From: Hydrolagus colliei
Lineage: Eukaryota
Direction of reading: 5' to 3'
NCBI GenBank assembly: GCA_035084275.1
Contig: CM068761.1
Span: forward strand, 8,370,001 to 8,434,000
DNA length: 64,000 nt
In this document: positions 35,891-48,112 of the stretch, in pieces
Layout of the letters: each line of letters starts with the position of its first letter
How positions within the stretch are numbered: position 1 is the stretch's first letter
Notes under the pieces: generated by a model
Told to the model about the DNA's origin: nothing
Databases searched by the model: none
What the model saw: only the letters and a program-made list of their open reading frames with translations
Program-made: the position numbers and the translations under genes

Positions 35891-37982
35891 CTAGAATCAT
35901 AGAATCATAGAATCATAGAATTTTACGGCACAAAAGGAGGCCATTCGGCCCATCTAGTCTGTGCCGGCTCTTTGAAAAGAGCGATTCAATCCCATTGCCC
36001 TGCCCGCTCCCCATAGCCTAATAGACCCGTTTTTCCTAAATAAAGATCTAATTCCCTTTTAAAAGTTGTTATCGAATCAGCCTCCACCACCTTTTCAGGC
36101 AATGCATTCCAGATTCGAACAACTCGCTGAGTGAAAAAATTTCTCCTCAGCTCCCCTCTACTGCGCCTTGAAACTATTTTAAATCTGTGACCACGAGTCA
36201 CAGATTCACCCACGAGTGGAAATAGTTTTTCTCTATTTGCCCTGTCGAAACCCCTCATGATCTTATAAACCTCTATTAGGTCTCCCCTCAATCTTCTCTG
36301 CTCCAGAGATAATAACCCTAGCCTATCTAGCCTCTCCTCATAGCTGAAGTCCCTTAATCCTGGCACCATCCTAGTAAATCTTCGTTGTACCCTTTCCAAT
36401 GCCTTCACATCCTTTCTGTAGTGTGGTGACCAGAATTGAACACAGTATTCCAGCTGAGGCTCACCAAAGTCCTATAGAGGTTAGTCAGCACTTCCTGACT
36501 TTTGTACTCTATACCCCTATTTATAAAGCCTAGTATCCCATATGCCTTCTTAACAGCCTTGTCTACCTGTCCTGCCACCTTCAACGAGTCACTAACACAA
36601 ATCCCCAGGTCTCTCTGTTCCTTCACACCATTTAAAATTGTACTATCTAGCCTATATTGCCTCCCTTCATTTCTTCTCCCAAAATGCATCACCTCACACT
36701 TCTCTGCATTAAACTTCATCTGCCATGTGTCTGCCCACTTTACCAATTTGTCTATATCCTCTTGCAGATGGCTACTATCCTCCTCACTGTTTACTATTCT
36801 CCCTAACTTAGTGTCATCTGCAAACTTGGAAACTGTACTCCGTACACCCAAGTCCAGATCATTGATGTAGATTACAAACAGCAATGGTCCCAAAACCGAT
36901 CCCTGTGGCACACCACTGCTCACTTCCCTCCAATCTGAAAAACAGCCGCTCACTACAACTCTCTGCTTTCTGTCTCGCAGCCAGTTGTGGATCCACGCTG
37001 CCACTGTCCCTTTTACGCCATGGGCCTTTAATTTCATAATAAGTCTCTCATGTGGCACTTTGTCAAATGCCTTTTGAAAGTCCATGTAAACTACATCAAC
37101 TGCGCTACCATTATCCACCCATTCCGTTACCTCATCAAAAAATTCTATCAGATTTGTAAGGCAAGATTTGCCTTTAACAAATCCATGTTGACTGTCCTTT
37201 ATTAGCCTATATCTTTCTAATTGAAGATCTACCTTGTCCCTGATTATGGACTCTAGAAGTTTGCCCACTACCGACGTTAGACTGACTGGTCTGTAGTTAC
37301 CAGGCTTGTCCTTCTGCCCCTTTTTATACAAGGGAGTAACATTAGCTATCCTCCAGTCCTCTGGCACGACCCCTGTGTCCAAGGAAGATTGAAAGATCGT
37401 GGCCAGAGTCCCTGCTATTTGCTCCCGTGCCTCACTTAGTAACCTAGGGTGCATCCCATCCGGACCAGGTGACTTATCCACCTTGAGCGACGTCAACCTT
37501 TTTAGCACTTCCTCTCTGGTTATAATTATTCTATCCATTTCTCCTACCCTCTCCTCTAATACCATGGCATTGGCTGTATCATTTTCTTTTGTGAAGACAG
37601 AGGCGAAGTACTCATTCAGTACATCAGCCATGCCCTCTGCCTCCACAATGAGATTTCCTCCTAGGTCCCTAATTGGCCCCACCCTCTCCTTGACCAACCT
37701 TTTACTCTTAATATGTTGGTAAAAAAACCTTAGGGTTCCCCTTAATCTTACTCGCTAATTGTTTTTCATGCAGTCTCTTTGCCCCTCTAACTTCCTTTTT
37801 TAGTTCTATCCTACACTTCCTATATTCTGCTTGGTTCCCTTCTGAATTTTGAGCCTGACACTTATCATAAGCCTCTTTTTTTTGTTTGATTTTGGCCCCG
37901 ATTTCCTTAGTCATCCAGGGAGGTTTGGATGCCTTACATTTCACCTTTGTGGGGATGCTTTTGACCTGTGCCTGAACTAGAA
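35891..37982 (-). mobile_element. Young CR1 LINE, 5'-truncated (RT domain)
   Basis: 430-aa ORF 36405-37697 with GVPQGSVLGP and KFADD; (TAGAATCA)n tail 35891-35920; CTAGAA duplicated at both ends; empty site at 63282-63287. Confidence 0.97.
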
Positions 37983-39935
37983 GATGAAAGGATTGGTATT
38001 ATAACTTAGGATTTGTTTTAGTCATCCATACATATTTCTAAAGGAATAGAAACACGTTCTTGTGTTTTGTTTTGGCTTGATGCGTCTTGTGTGCAATCAT
38101 CTGCAATTATCTGGAAGTATTTGCATTGACAGCAATATTCTAAGAGAAATAAAATAATCCATGTTTGTGACATACGTGAATGTTTGAATGGAAATGATAC
38201 CTGTGCCTACTGAAATACAGACAGAGGTTCTCATAGTTCAGTATGAATTTAACAGGGTGACAATTTCTTCAAACTTTAAAATACAACATTAATCGGGTAT
38301 TTTTAGTCACACCTTGGATTTCTACCCAAGCTTCTGATACATCAGATGTGGGCAGATTCAGGTGAGGAACACTCAATCTGTCGAGGGCGCTATCTCACAA
38401 TAAATAAAAACGGTACCTCACTCTCACTGAGGCAACAATTTAGAATGAGTGTCCGTTTGAATTTCACAGCTTATATGAAATCTACTCAGCTACTTGTAGT
38501 GTGTGTTTTTGAAGCCAAACACATTGGTTGTTTTGCAGCAGCAATATCACTCAACAAATGAACAACAAAAATTGTAAATAATCTTAGGTATAGACAAATG
38601 CAAGAACACATTGCATTTATGCAGCATGTTGCCAAAACTCGTCATCCGTGGTATGATTCGATTGTGAAACGACTTTAGATGCGATTTCGAAGAGGGAAGG
38701 CAGTACAAGGCAACGTTTTTTCAAGACAGTTCTCCCAAGGAATATGGCCAAAACATGTTGAAGGCCTTTTGCGATGAATGCAAGAATGATTGTCTCTGCA
38801 GCGTGAGTGGAGAGACAGTGGCAGTGTTGGTCAATGCAGTGGAAGTGCAGGAATACAGAACTGTGGGTGGCATCCATATCGGGATAAGGAAAGATGAGCA
38901 TCCACGAGAATACTGACGCTTTGTGGAAGTTGTGGCCGGTGAAAAGCGAATATGTTAATAGTGTCGTTGTCAGTTCTTTGGGTTAGGAACTGCAGACAGG
39001 AGCCAAATAAGGCGGCCTTCACTTTGTCAACTTGAAACTGGAAAAAATTAGCCATTATTCAGGGCTTGATCCGTGAAAATGGCAGGAAACAAATTGAGAA
39101 ATATGGAGGAACAGCTTGAATACAGGTTTATTTGTAAACAACAACAAAATTACATTTCTATAGCGCCTTTCACACTGGCAGGACGTCCCAAGCCGCTGAA
39201 CTATCAGGTGTGTACCTGAGCAGGGGAGCAGGGGTCGGTGTAGGGGGAAGGAGAGTAAGAGAATTGACGGTATATTTGTGGGTGAAACACGGCAACCAAA
39301 CTGCGCGCAGCAGTGTCCCACAAATAGTCGTGGGAGTGGGGTTAGGGGAGAAAGGGGGACAAGAGCATAAGGGGGAAAGGGAGGAAAAGTTGAGGTGAGA
39401 TACAGTCGGGAGGAAAAGTGAAGGAGAAAGGGGGTAAGGTGGAGAGGGAGGTAAAGTGGAGGGGTTAAAATCTGGGAGAAATGGGAGAAAGGTGGTTAAA
39501 GGGAAACAGGGAAGGAAGGGAGAAAAGGGGGAGAGTGAAAGCATGGGGGAAAACGGAGCAGAAGGAAGAAAGAGGGAGAAGAGGGGGGAGGGAAAAGAGG
39601 GAAGAAAGGAGGGAAGATAGGGAGGGGAATGAAAGGGAAGATAGGGAGGGGAATGAAAGGGAAGTGGACAGAGATGGTAGGGGTGAAAGAGCGAGAGGAA
39701 GGACAGGGTGGGGGGGGGGGGGGTGTGGGGGGTGGAAGGTGGAGTGAAGAGAGAAGAGGAATGAGAAGCAATGAAAGAGTGAAGTAAATAGGGGATTCGA
39801 GATAGGCAAAGAAGGGAGGTAAAAAGGGAGGAGAGAAAGGGGGAAAGGGAGCGAGGGAAGAAAATGGGGGAAAGGTTAAGGTGCAAAAGGGGGGTATTAA
39901 TCAATGCCAACAAACATAATAACAATAACAATATT

Positions 39936-40082
39936 GAAGTCCTTGAGCTCAGCACTCCTTGTCCTCACTGTCTGCCTGGACGAACTGTTGGAGCTGGAAC
40001 TGGGTGAAGTGGGAGATGAGATCCAACAGTGATGAGTTGAACACTCCTGCTCGGCCTCCAGCCGCTGCTGTTCTTCGGCCAT
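39936..40082 (-). pseudogene. RUNDC1-like coding fragment, copy 1
   Basis: QRLEAEQ (frameshift) FNSSLLDLISHFTQFQLQQFVQADSEDKE..ELKDF; resembles recalled RUNDC1 N-terminal LLALSSHFAQVQFRL..ELEDF. Confidence 0.55.
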
Positions 40083-40149
40083 GATGGTCATGGTCAGAGA
40101 TTGGGCCTAGTGTGGTGACACTAGTGTGGCCACAAAACTGACCGGCTCT

Positions 40150-40480
40150 TCAGCTGGTGTACTTGGTGATGGCCTTGATGCTCTCGGACATGGCATGTTT
40201 GGCAGCTCACCCAGCAGCAGCAGCCTGACCGCCATCTGGATCTACCACCATGTGATAGTCTGCCACGTGCTGTACTGGATCAGGTAATAGGCCTCGCAGG
40301 CGATCCACTCAACGATGTCGTTGACGAACGAGTTCACCACATTCATGGCCGACGATGAGATGCCCGTGTTCTTGTGGACCTGCTTCAGCACCTTGTACAT
40401 GTATGAGGTGTAACTCTGTGTCCTGCGCGTGCGGCATCTAACCCAGCTGCTCGTCCGCCACCGTCGCATTTTTCAGGGAT
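40150..40480 (-). pseudogene. H2B: Histone H2B pseudogene, copy 1
   Basis: [42 protein letters not shown].., then IQMAVRLLLLGEL..AITKYTS* after frameshift. Confidence 0.9.
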
Positions 40481-43122
40481 CACCTGAAAGTATTCAGTGG
40501 CTTGTGATGTCTTTCCAATGTGAAAGGTGCTCCATAAATGTAATTTTGTTGTTGTTGTTCAGTCCCATATTTCTATGTTCTGCTAATAAGTTTGATCAGT
40601 TTAATTAAAATAATCATAACTATGATAATGATAACTGGATACCTGGGATAAATCATCTGCTCCAATGACTTTAAACAAAATTCAATTATGACCACATGTC
40701 ACAATCCACATGAAGAAGAAAACACTTTGTATCCTATCCAGCGATGACACAATTAAAATGAGCATTGACTTCAATAACCATTATGGCTGAGAAACTGTAA
40801 GATATTAAGATGCACAAATTGGCTTACACATTTACCTAAATAATATACGCCAGTGAATCATCACTTGAAACGAAAAGTCATCATTTAATGAAAGGTACTT
40901 TCTCAAAGGTATTAATATATATTTCATTGTTAACACACTACAAGTGTGAGTTTTTTTATTGAAGGTCATTTGGGATTTCTATGCATGAGCAAATCATTTG
41001 ATCTTGACCTCTCAAAAATGTGCATTGAATCATTGCATGGTTCCATACACGCGAGTTTACAAATTTGAAGACTTGAGTAGAACACTTTCTGAAATGCACT
41101 GGTGTGTATGTCCTACACTGGTGGAGGTGCCATCCCTTGGATTACACTTGAAACCGAATACCATTTTCTTGTTAATTTGGAAGTTAAGGATCCCATGTCA
41201 CAATGCAAATGGGGAACAAAGCATTTGGTGTCCTGGCCAACAATTGCCCCAAATAAAACTATCATTCATTTCAAGGCTGTTTGTGAAACATCACCATACA
41301 CTGATTTGCTTCTACATTTTTCCAAACAGCATGCACAGTGTATTCTGCGAAGCATCGTGATAGTTCCTCTTGGTATGAAACGTGGTTTGTCAAAAGTGTT
41401 ATCTATTTATTTCATTTAACAGTATATGTATTATGGAAGTGTTGAGTTTAAAAATGAATGCAGTGTTGGGTTTTCTACGCATGTGCAAGTTACTTTGACA
41501 TATCCTAAATGTGCATGGGATCAGCGCATGGACAGAATTGAATACACGTGAGTGGGAACTCTGAGGGAAATCTTCACTTGAGGACTGTTCGTTTAGTGGG
41601 TTGTGTAACAGTAATCTGCTTTTACGCTTCCCGTTCCAGTCTATATCACAATTTCTATGTCAATGACATGTCCAGAAGATGGGCCGTATGTGTTTGTGTA
41701 TTGATGCCATTACATCTCTGTTCCCTGGAAGGAAACGTAGATTAACAGCCGTTAATGTTTTTATCAGAAAAAGCAATGGCTGTAAATTAATTCACTGTGG
41801 CACTGATCTGGCTGTGATTCACACAGGATGACTCCAGTCTCTGTTAAAGGGAACGTAACCGAAAAAATGTGTGGACAACCTGTGTGTGGATTTTATTTGG
41901 TATTTTGTTTTGAATTGGTGTCATAACAAATATATTAAAAAATATATACATGTTTTCAAAAATCTTAAACCCATCTTTTTTCGTACAACGACTGTCTACA
42001 GGTAAATCACTTCGATCGAATAAGAAATAACTATGAAAAAGTTAAAACAAACCCAAATATGTCTATATGTGTGTGCGAGGGACGGGTAATAGCAAATGAC
42101 AGTCGCCTCTATCGATGAATGTGTTGCTGTTCCCCAGGCTGTCTGATCAAGAGAGCCGGTACTGTATTCATTGTATATAACTTTGCCTGAAAGAAACGTT
42201 CCTTTATCATCGGGGAACGTGAATCGCGCTATCATTCTGCTGTTAAATATATTACATCTGCAGTGAGGCACAGTGCAGTAAAGGGAATCCTAGCGTGAGG
42301 GCAGGGCTGGTACCTGCCAGAAGGTGAATGGGAAAAAAGTATTTCAGAAATAGAAAAATCGTATTTGTGAGGTTCCCTGTCACCGGCTGTGAAGTGTGAC
42401 TTGCACGGCAGGGTCTGTATCAGTTCAAGTGTGGCTTGTCAGTGTGTAAACTGTAACTGAATGAAAAGATGAAACTTTCCCAACTACAAATTATCTTTCA
42501 TCGGAACAAGCTTCACAAGCGAATAAATCTCTTTGTACCTGGGCAAGCGAATCTTGCAGGATTCACACACTGCAAAGCGGTGAACTACATGAATATTTAA
42601 TAGAATAAGACCACGACACTGTCAATAATTGAAGTTTGTGCTGTTTAAAAAAACTCTGTTTCACACTGCAATTGAAAACTAGCTTCATTTTCTGATGTCT
42701 TGTAGGTCAGTTTAGAGCACTTGCCTTACAATCGAGTGACCTGGGTTTGATTCGTCAGGGCGAAACCTTGGGTAAGTTTCCTTACCCCACACGCACGATA
42801 ATAATCCCTAAAACACCCCAATAATAAATTGGTCATTTCACGACTGTTTGTTGGAAACAACTTTGCGTAATTGGCTGCCCCTTTCGCTCACATATACACA
42901 GTATATTCTGTGATGCGCTATCGGACGTCTAGAAGACGTGGAAAGCACCATTTTAAATGAAGGATTATTATTACTTTATCAAGGTCTTCAGGTTGACACA
43001 TTAGTCAATGTTACCATGAACCAAATTTTGAAATCCGGGCTGTAAATTGGTTCAAATTTGCAAGATGCTACATCTGCTGTTCAGAACAAGGATTCCTATT
43101 GGACGATGGGAGCCGGAGGAGA

Positions 43123-43130
43123 ATTTGCAT
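43123..43130 (+). promoter_or_regulatory. Ig octamer ATTTGCAT, cluster 3 promoter
   Basis: Exact octamer; E-box CACCTG at 43158-43163. Confidence 0.9.
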
Positions 43131-43254
43131 AAATTGTGAATTCAACTGGACTTGCATCACCTGATGGTTCTTAAGGAGAAGTTTACAATCGAGCAGTAAA
43201 GTGGCTTTTGTCTGTGAATCACTAATTTCTCTGATGTTCATCAATCTGTTCACA

Positions 43255-43303
43255 ATGGGCGATTGGCTCCGAATTCTGGCCGGTTTGCTCCTGTGTCTGC
43301 ATG
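43255..43303 (+). CDS. IGL: Cluster 3 leader exon (MGDWLRILAGLLLCLH)
   Basis: ATG, signal peptide, G|GTAAG donor, 126-bp intron ending CTCTAG. Confidence 0.93.
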
Positions 43304-43429
43304 GTAAGCGCAGCGGAATCCGCCCTGATCTCAATTACCTTCACTTTGTACAGTTAGTTCTACAGTGTGACCTATCTACAGTGTGACCTATCTACAGTGT
43401 GACTTATCTGTGACTTGTTATTTCTCTAG

Positions 43430-43786
43430 GAACAACCGCAGCTGTTACTCTGTCTCAGCCACCGTCCATCTCAAACTCTCCGGGAAACACCGTCAAGATC
43501 ACCTGTACCATGTCCGGAGGCAGCATCGGCAGCTACTACACGAGCTGGTACCAGCAGAAGCCTGGCAGCGCCCCTGTGTTTGTTTGGTATGAGTACAGGA
43601 GTAGCTCCTTCAGAGGTCATGGGATTCCTGGTCGATTCACTGGTTCTGTGGACTCATCGAGCAGCGCCATGCATTTAACCATCAGCGGTGTGCAGCCGGA
43701 GGACGCCGCCGATTACTACTGTGGTGTAATCGGCGGCACCAGCTATCCCTTCATCTTTGGTAAAGGGACCAAGCTGATTTTGAAAA
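43430..43786 (+). CDS. IGL: Cluster 3 germline-joined VJ exon (CDR3 GVIGGTSYPFI)
   Basis: Open frame, conserved Cys/Trp/Cys and FGKG; donor A|GTAAGT; no RSS. Confidence 0.95.
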
Positions 43787-45815
43787 GTAAGTGATCTTGT
43801 TTCGACTTTAGATGATTATTGTGATCACGTCAGGAGGACGTCCAAATCTAATTGTATGTTTGTCTGTATTCGATATTGTTTCACACGCTTTCTGTGATAG
43901 TCGCATCTGGTTTCCTAATGATAAACCTTTTATGTGGAAATCGGAAATTTTAAAGTATCAAACACGCGATACCTGATGTTAATTGAAATTCTGTGAAGAA
44001 TTTGGACGGATATTACAGCCAACTAACAATGGTAAAAAAGTGGAGAAGGAATGACATAAGCGAAGATGAGATAATCGTGGTGATATTTAACAGTCTGAAG
44101 GACTGCAGATGTCAGATTCACTGAAGCACCGCTTAGAGATCCTGGTAAAGAATGCGCTACACCAGGGAAATGAGTTCACACTTCACACCTGAGATTGAAG
44201 TTAAATCTCTTTGTGCCAGGTTATTTAATTTCTATGTTTACTTGTTAACCTCTTTCCCCAGTTTGTCAGCACGAAGTGATATTTAAAAGAATCTCCATCA
44301 TAAGGAGATCAACAGCATATTTCCATCTGGTGACTGTCGCTGGGGTCTAATGGACCGATTGGTGAGCGGTTCAATCTCAGAGGGAACCGGATACCCTGAA
44401 AATAGTGTTCGTCCGTGACTAACTGATCATTTTGAATATTTAAACTTCTTTGAGACTGAGTAACATTATGCGTAACTGATATATGGATGATATAGAATAA
44501 CTGTAGCGGAGTTTGTTCTCAGCATCACTACGCATTCAAATCTAATCTATTCGTTTTAGAATAATTCAAATGTTATAATCTGCTCCGTGTTATTGCCATA
44601 AACAGTCTTTGCATTTTAACATTTTTCTATTCCAGAGTTCTATTCTGATTACTTCAAATATTTTAATTTCTCCCCATTACCCCGATTAAAATACATTTCT
44701 ATTTTACCATTAATTGAACGCATTTATCTTCAGATTTCTAATTTTACAAACGTATTTTATTCTCCCAATTTCGTGGTTGATGTCGCTAAGGGCAGCACCA
44801 TTGTAGATACTCAATAATATCATGGTTTTCACCACCCGTTGCTGCAGTTGGTCAGATGGGAATCATCGCTCATTAAAGACAGAGGCTGAGCGCCGGCTCA
44901 ATCTGGTCAAAATACATTTTCTTCCTTGAAAATTAACTTTATTATTGCCCTCGGGCATCATATTAAAGGGATTCCGATTTGTGTATTGTGATTTGTGTAT
45001 TGTTTATTGTGATTTGTGTATTTTGCGCTGTTAATTATGAATTAAAATCAGCAAATACGGTGCCAAATAAATTATTGTGAAATCGGAAGCCCCTCTCTGT
45101 AACCAATCAAACATTGGATTCTGATTGTGATCTTTAATTGTGTTTCAGTGCAGAGTGTTTGGTCAAAAGGAAAACGTTTATTTTCTTCCTATTTTCAGTT
45201 TGGTACTGTCTATGCAAACTCTATAGAATTAGTAATGATGTTTCACTGCGCTTTCACTCAGCCGCTCCCGCCACATACTCCTTGTGACGCGACATATAGT
45301 GTCTAGTGTTATTTCTTATGATTATGTTTACTAATTATTTGAATTGAGGAAACGTTGAACGTTTGCCCACCACTGCAAAAATAACCCTATAATAAATTGG
45401 TCGTTTCAATCCACGACAGTTGGTGAGACACTGCTGTGCGCAATTGGCTGCCTACAGTATATTTTGAGAAATTTGAGACATCAAGAGCACTATATCAAAT
45501 GCGAGGATTATTATGATTATTGTTGAGCTCTCAGTAGCAAACTATTGATAGTGTAATAATGAACGGTGTGTGATGGTGTATGATGACCCCCAACACTCAT
45601 TGTTCCCTTTACATTGTTACACTTTGTCACAGTTGAAAAGTACCGTCTAAAACTCTACACAAGAAAATGTTTTACCATTTGCAGGAATATGAAATACTGT
45701 ATGGGATTATTTATTGGTGATCCTGAAGTTTTGTCCTGCTATTCAACAGGTCGATTGTAACTTAAAATGTTAAAAAACTGAATTTTAATTTTTTTTATCC
45801 ACATTTGTGTTCCAG

Positions 45816-46138
45816 ACCCACGGGCCCCCTCGGTGACTGTCCTTCCGCCGTCACCAGATCAAATCACAGGAAAGTGCAAGGCGACCCTGGTGTGTCTGGT
45901 GAATGATTTTAACCCGGGAGCTGTGGAGGTCAAGTGGACTGTGGATGGCAGTGCCAGAAGTGAAGGTGTTGAAACGAGTGCGATCAAGCAGGAGGTGGAC
46001 AACACGTACAGTGTGAGCAGTTATCTGACTCTGCCAGCCTCCGAGTGGGAGACACACGAGCTGTATTCCTGTCTGGTCACACACGAGACTCGAGGGACTC
46101 CGCTGGAAAAAACCATCGCCAGATCCAGTTGTATCTAA
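45816..46138 (+). CDS. IGL: Cluster 3 constant exon (extra Cys in GKCKATL)
   Basis: Acceptor TTCCAG, phase 1; intact domain ending SSCI*; AATAAA at 46256-46261 and 46452-46457. Confidence 0.95.
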
Positions 46139-48112
46139 ATTAGGAACATACAGAGCTCGTCGAATTTGTCTTTGGCAATCTACATTAATAATAAGAACTG
46201 TGTTAATAAGTGTTTGGAAATTAAAGTAATTCTGTCAGGAATGCCCAAATTGAAAAATAAATTTGCTTAAATACCTCCGATAAATTTCCAACTAAAGGAA
46301 ATAAGCTGTTAGATTTTTAAGTAGAGTGTTACAATACGGCAATAATAACTTTTCTGTTTCCTGGAATTAAATTGTTGTATTTTATAGTTGTTCACGATGT
46401 AAGAATCAAACGCCCTGTGCAACATTACAGAAATAAGAAATACTACAGTTTAATAAAATAACTCTTTCATTTCCATCTGCGCCATGGCTATTTTTCTTCC
46501 ATTTCTGCTCTTAATTGCATTATTATTTTGTCTAAAACACGAAGTTGATCTGATCAATTAAACATACATGCAGTATTTATATGCCTTTGAAATTTATCGA
46601 GCAGAATTTTGGAAACATCTTAATCTTGATCGCTAATTGGGATCCTTTTCATGTTGTTGTTAAAAAGAACCATCCTTCAAAGTAAACTCAACATCAATTA
46701 AAATTGAAGTGAATTCAAATTATCGCACAATATTCAGTGTTAAGTCAAGATTGTTGTTACAGGCTGAGCACGTGTGAAATGCTCTCCCCAACAATACTAA
46801 TTGAGATACTTTTGCCCCCGGCCTCCCCAGCCCGCCAATCTCTATAGAACTAAATCAAAGTATTACTCAAGTGCTTCACTCGATCATGATGCTGAGCTTT
46901 TGTGTCGTCAGAAGGAGTCACAACCTATTGAAAGGTTATATGACCATCAGATACAAATGAAGTATCAAAATGTACCCACTCCGAAGAGCTCATTGTAGAG
47001 TTCCTCCCCTCCCCACCCCGTGGCCAGTGAGCTCCAAACCTGCCTTAAAGATACCAACTTCCGCATTGCAGCATTGCACAGACCTTTTAACACACGCAGG
47101 TGTCCCTAGAGTTTCTTTAAATACTTTAATCTGCTGTCCATTCTTGTCAATGTTTTCACTTTGTTGCAATCCATTAAATCAGTACATTTTAACCACTAAA
47201 TAGATCTGTTCTTTGTGGGTCGATATCAAAACAAGTATAAAACATTGAAATGGAACTATGGTAATAGGAAGCTGGACAACTACGTGTCTGAAATATTCGA
47301 ATTGCAGCTGGTACTTATGTAATCGAGATGTTCACATAACTCATATGGAATGAATCCCAAGCTCTGGCTAATGTAACAATATAATAGCATATAGTTATGA
47401 TTGAATTGAGAGAATTGATTATTTGGAAGCGAACAGTATAATTGATTGAACCAATAAAAACAATGAAATAGTAAAATGAATGAAACACTCAACACAACCG
47501 GCAGTGTGCGGGCCATGTTCGGCATTCACATAATATAGTTTACTGGTCTCCTAGTCTAAGAATTTGCATTTGTTAATGTTTATGAATGCTTATCACAACC
47601 AACCAGGTCCGAGATCCACGTTGACGTATTCTGACTCATGCGCCAATTTGTGAGTAAAAATTGTAAGTGTTGATTGTACTTCATGGGGGAGGAGGATTCA
47701 AAAATGTTATTTTGGTCATCGTTCACCACCATGTTATATTCTATTTTGGTGGGCCTAATGCCGGAAAACACATATTGATACGGCATAAAATTGTGCTTAA
47801 TGACAACGATACTTAAGAAATCTTTTTAACATAGTGGATATATAATCTCTTTAAGTAATTATCAATACTGGATCTGCTCAAGTAAAGTTTGGGATTTGTT
47901 GTTAAAAATGTTATTTTAAGTGAAATACCGTATAGGGAAACCTAAATTACCATAGCCCCTAATGCAATCAACAGAGATTATGTGTCTTGAGTACATTACT
48001 GGTTCAAATTTTCTGACACTAATATTGAATAAAGTTCAAAAAGAACACCACTAGTATTGAAAATAAAAATTAAATAAAAGTTTAAATTTTAACAAACACA
48101 TAAGTTGGATAA

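Noticed and set aside
39170-39955. 261-aa Pro/Ser/Phe-rich ORF (similar ORFs at 52900-53268, 11301-12158, 3984-4472)
   Set aside because: Purine/pyrimidine low-complexity tracts or MITE interiors with no domain signature
43717-43723. TACTGTG cryptic heptamer at end of FR3 (V-replacement site)
   Set aside because: By-product of Tyr-Cys-Gly codons, only in cluster 3, and no unrearranged RSS-bearing donor V is seen
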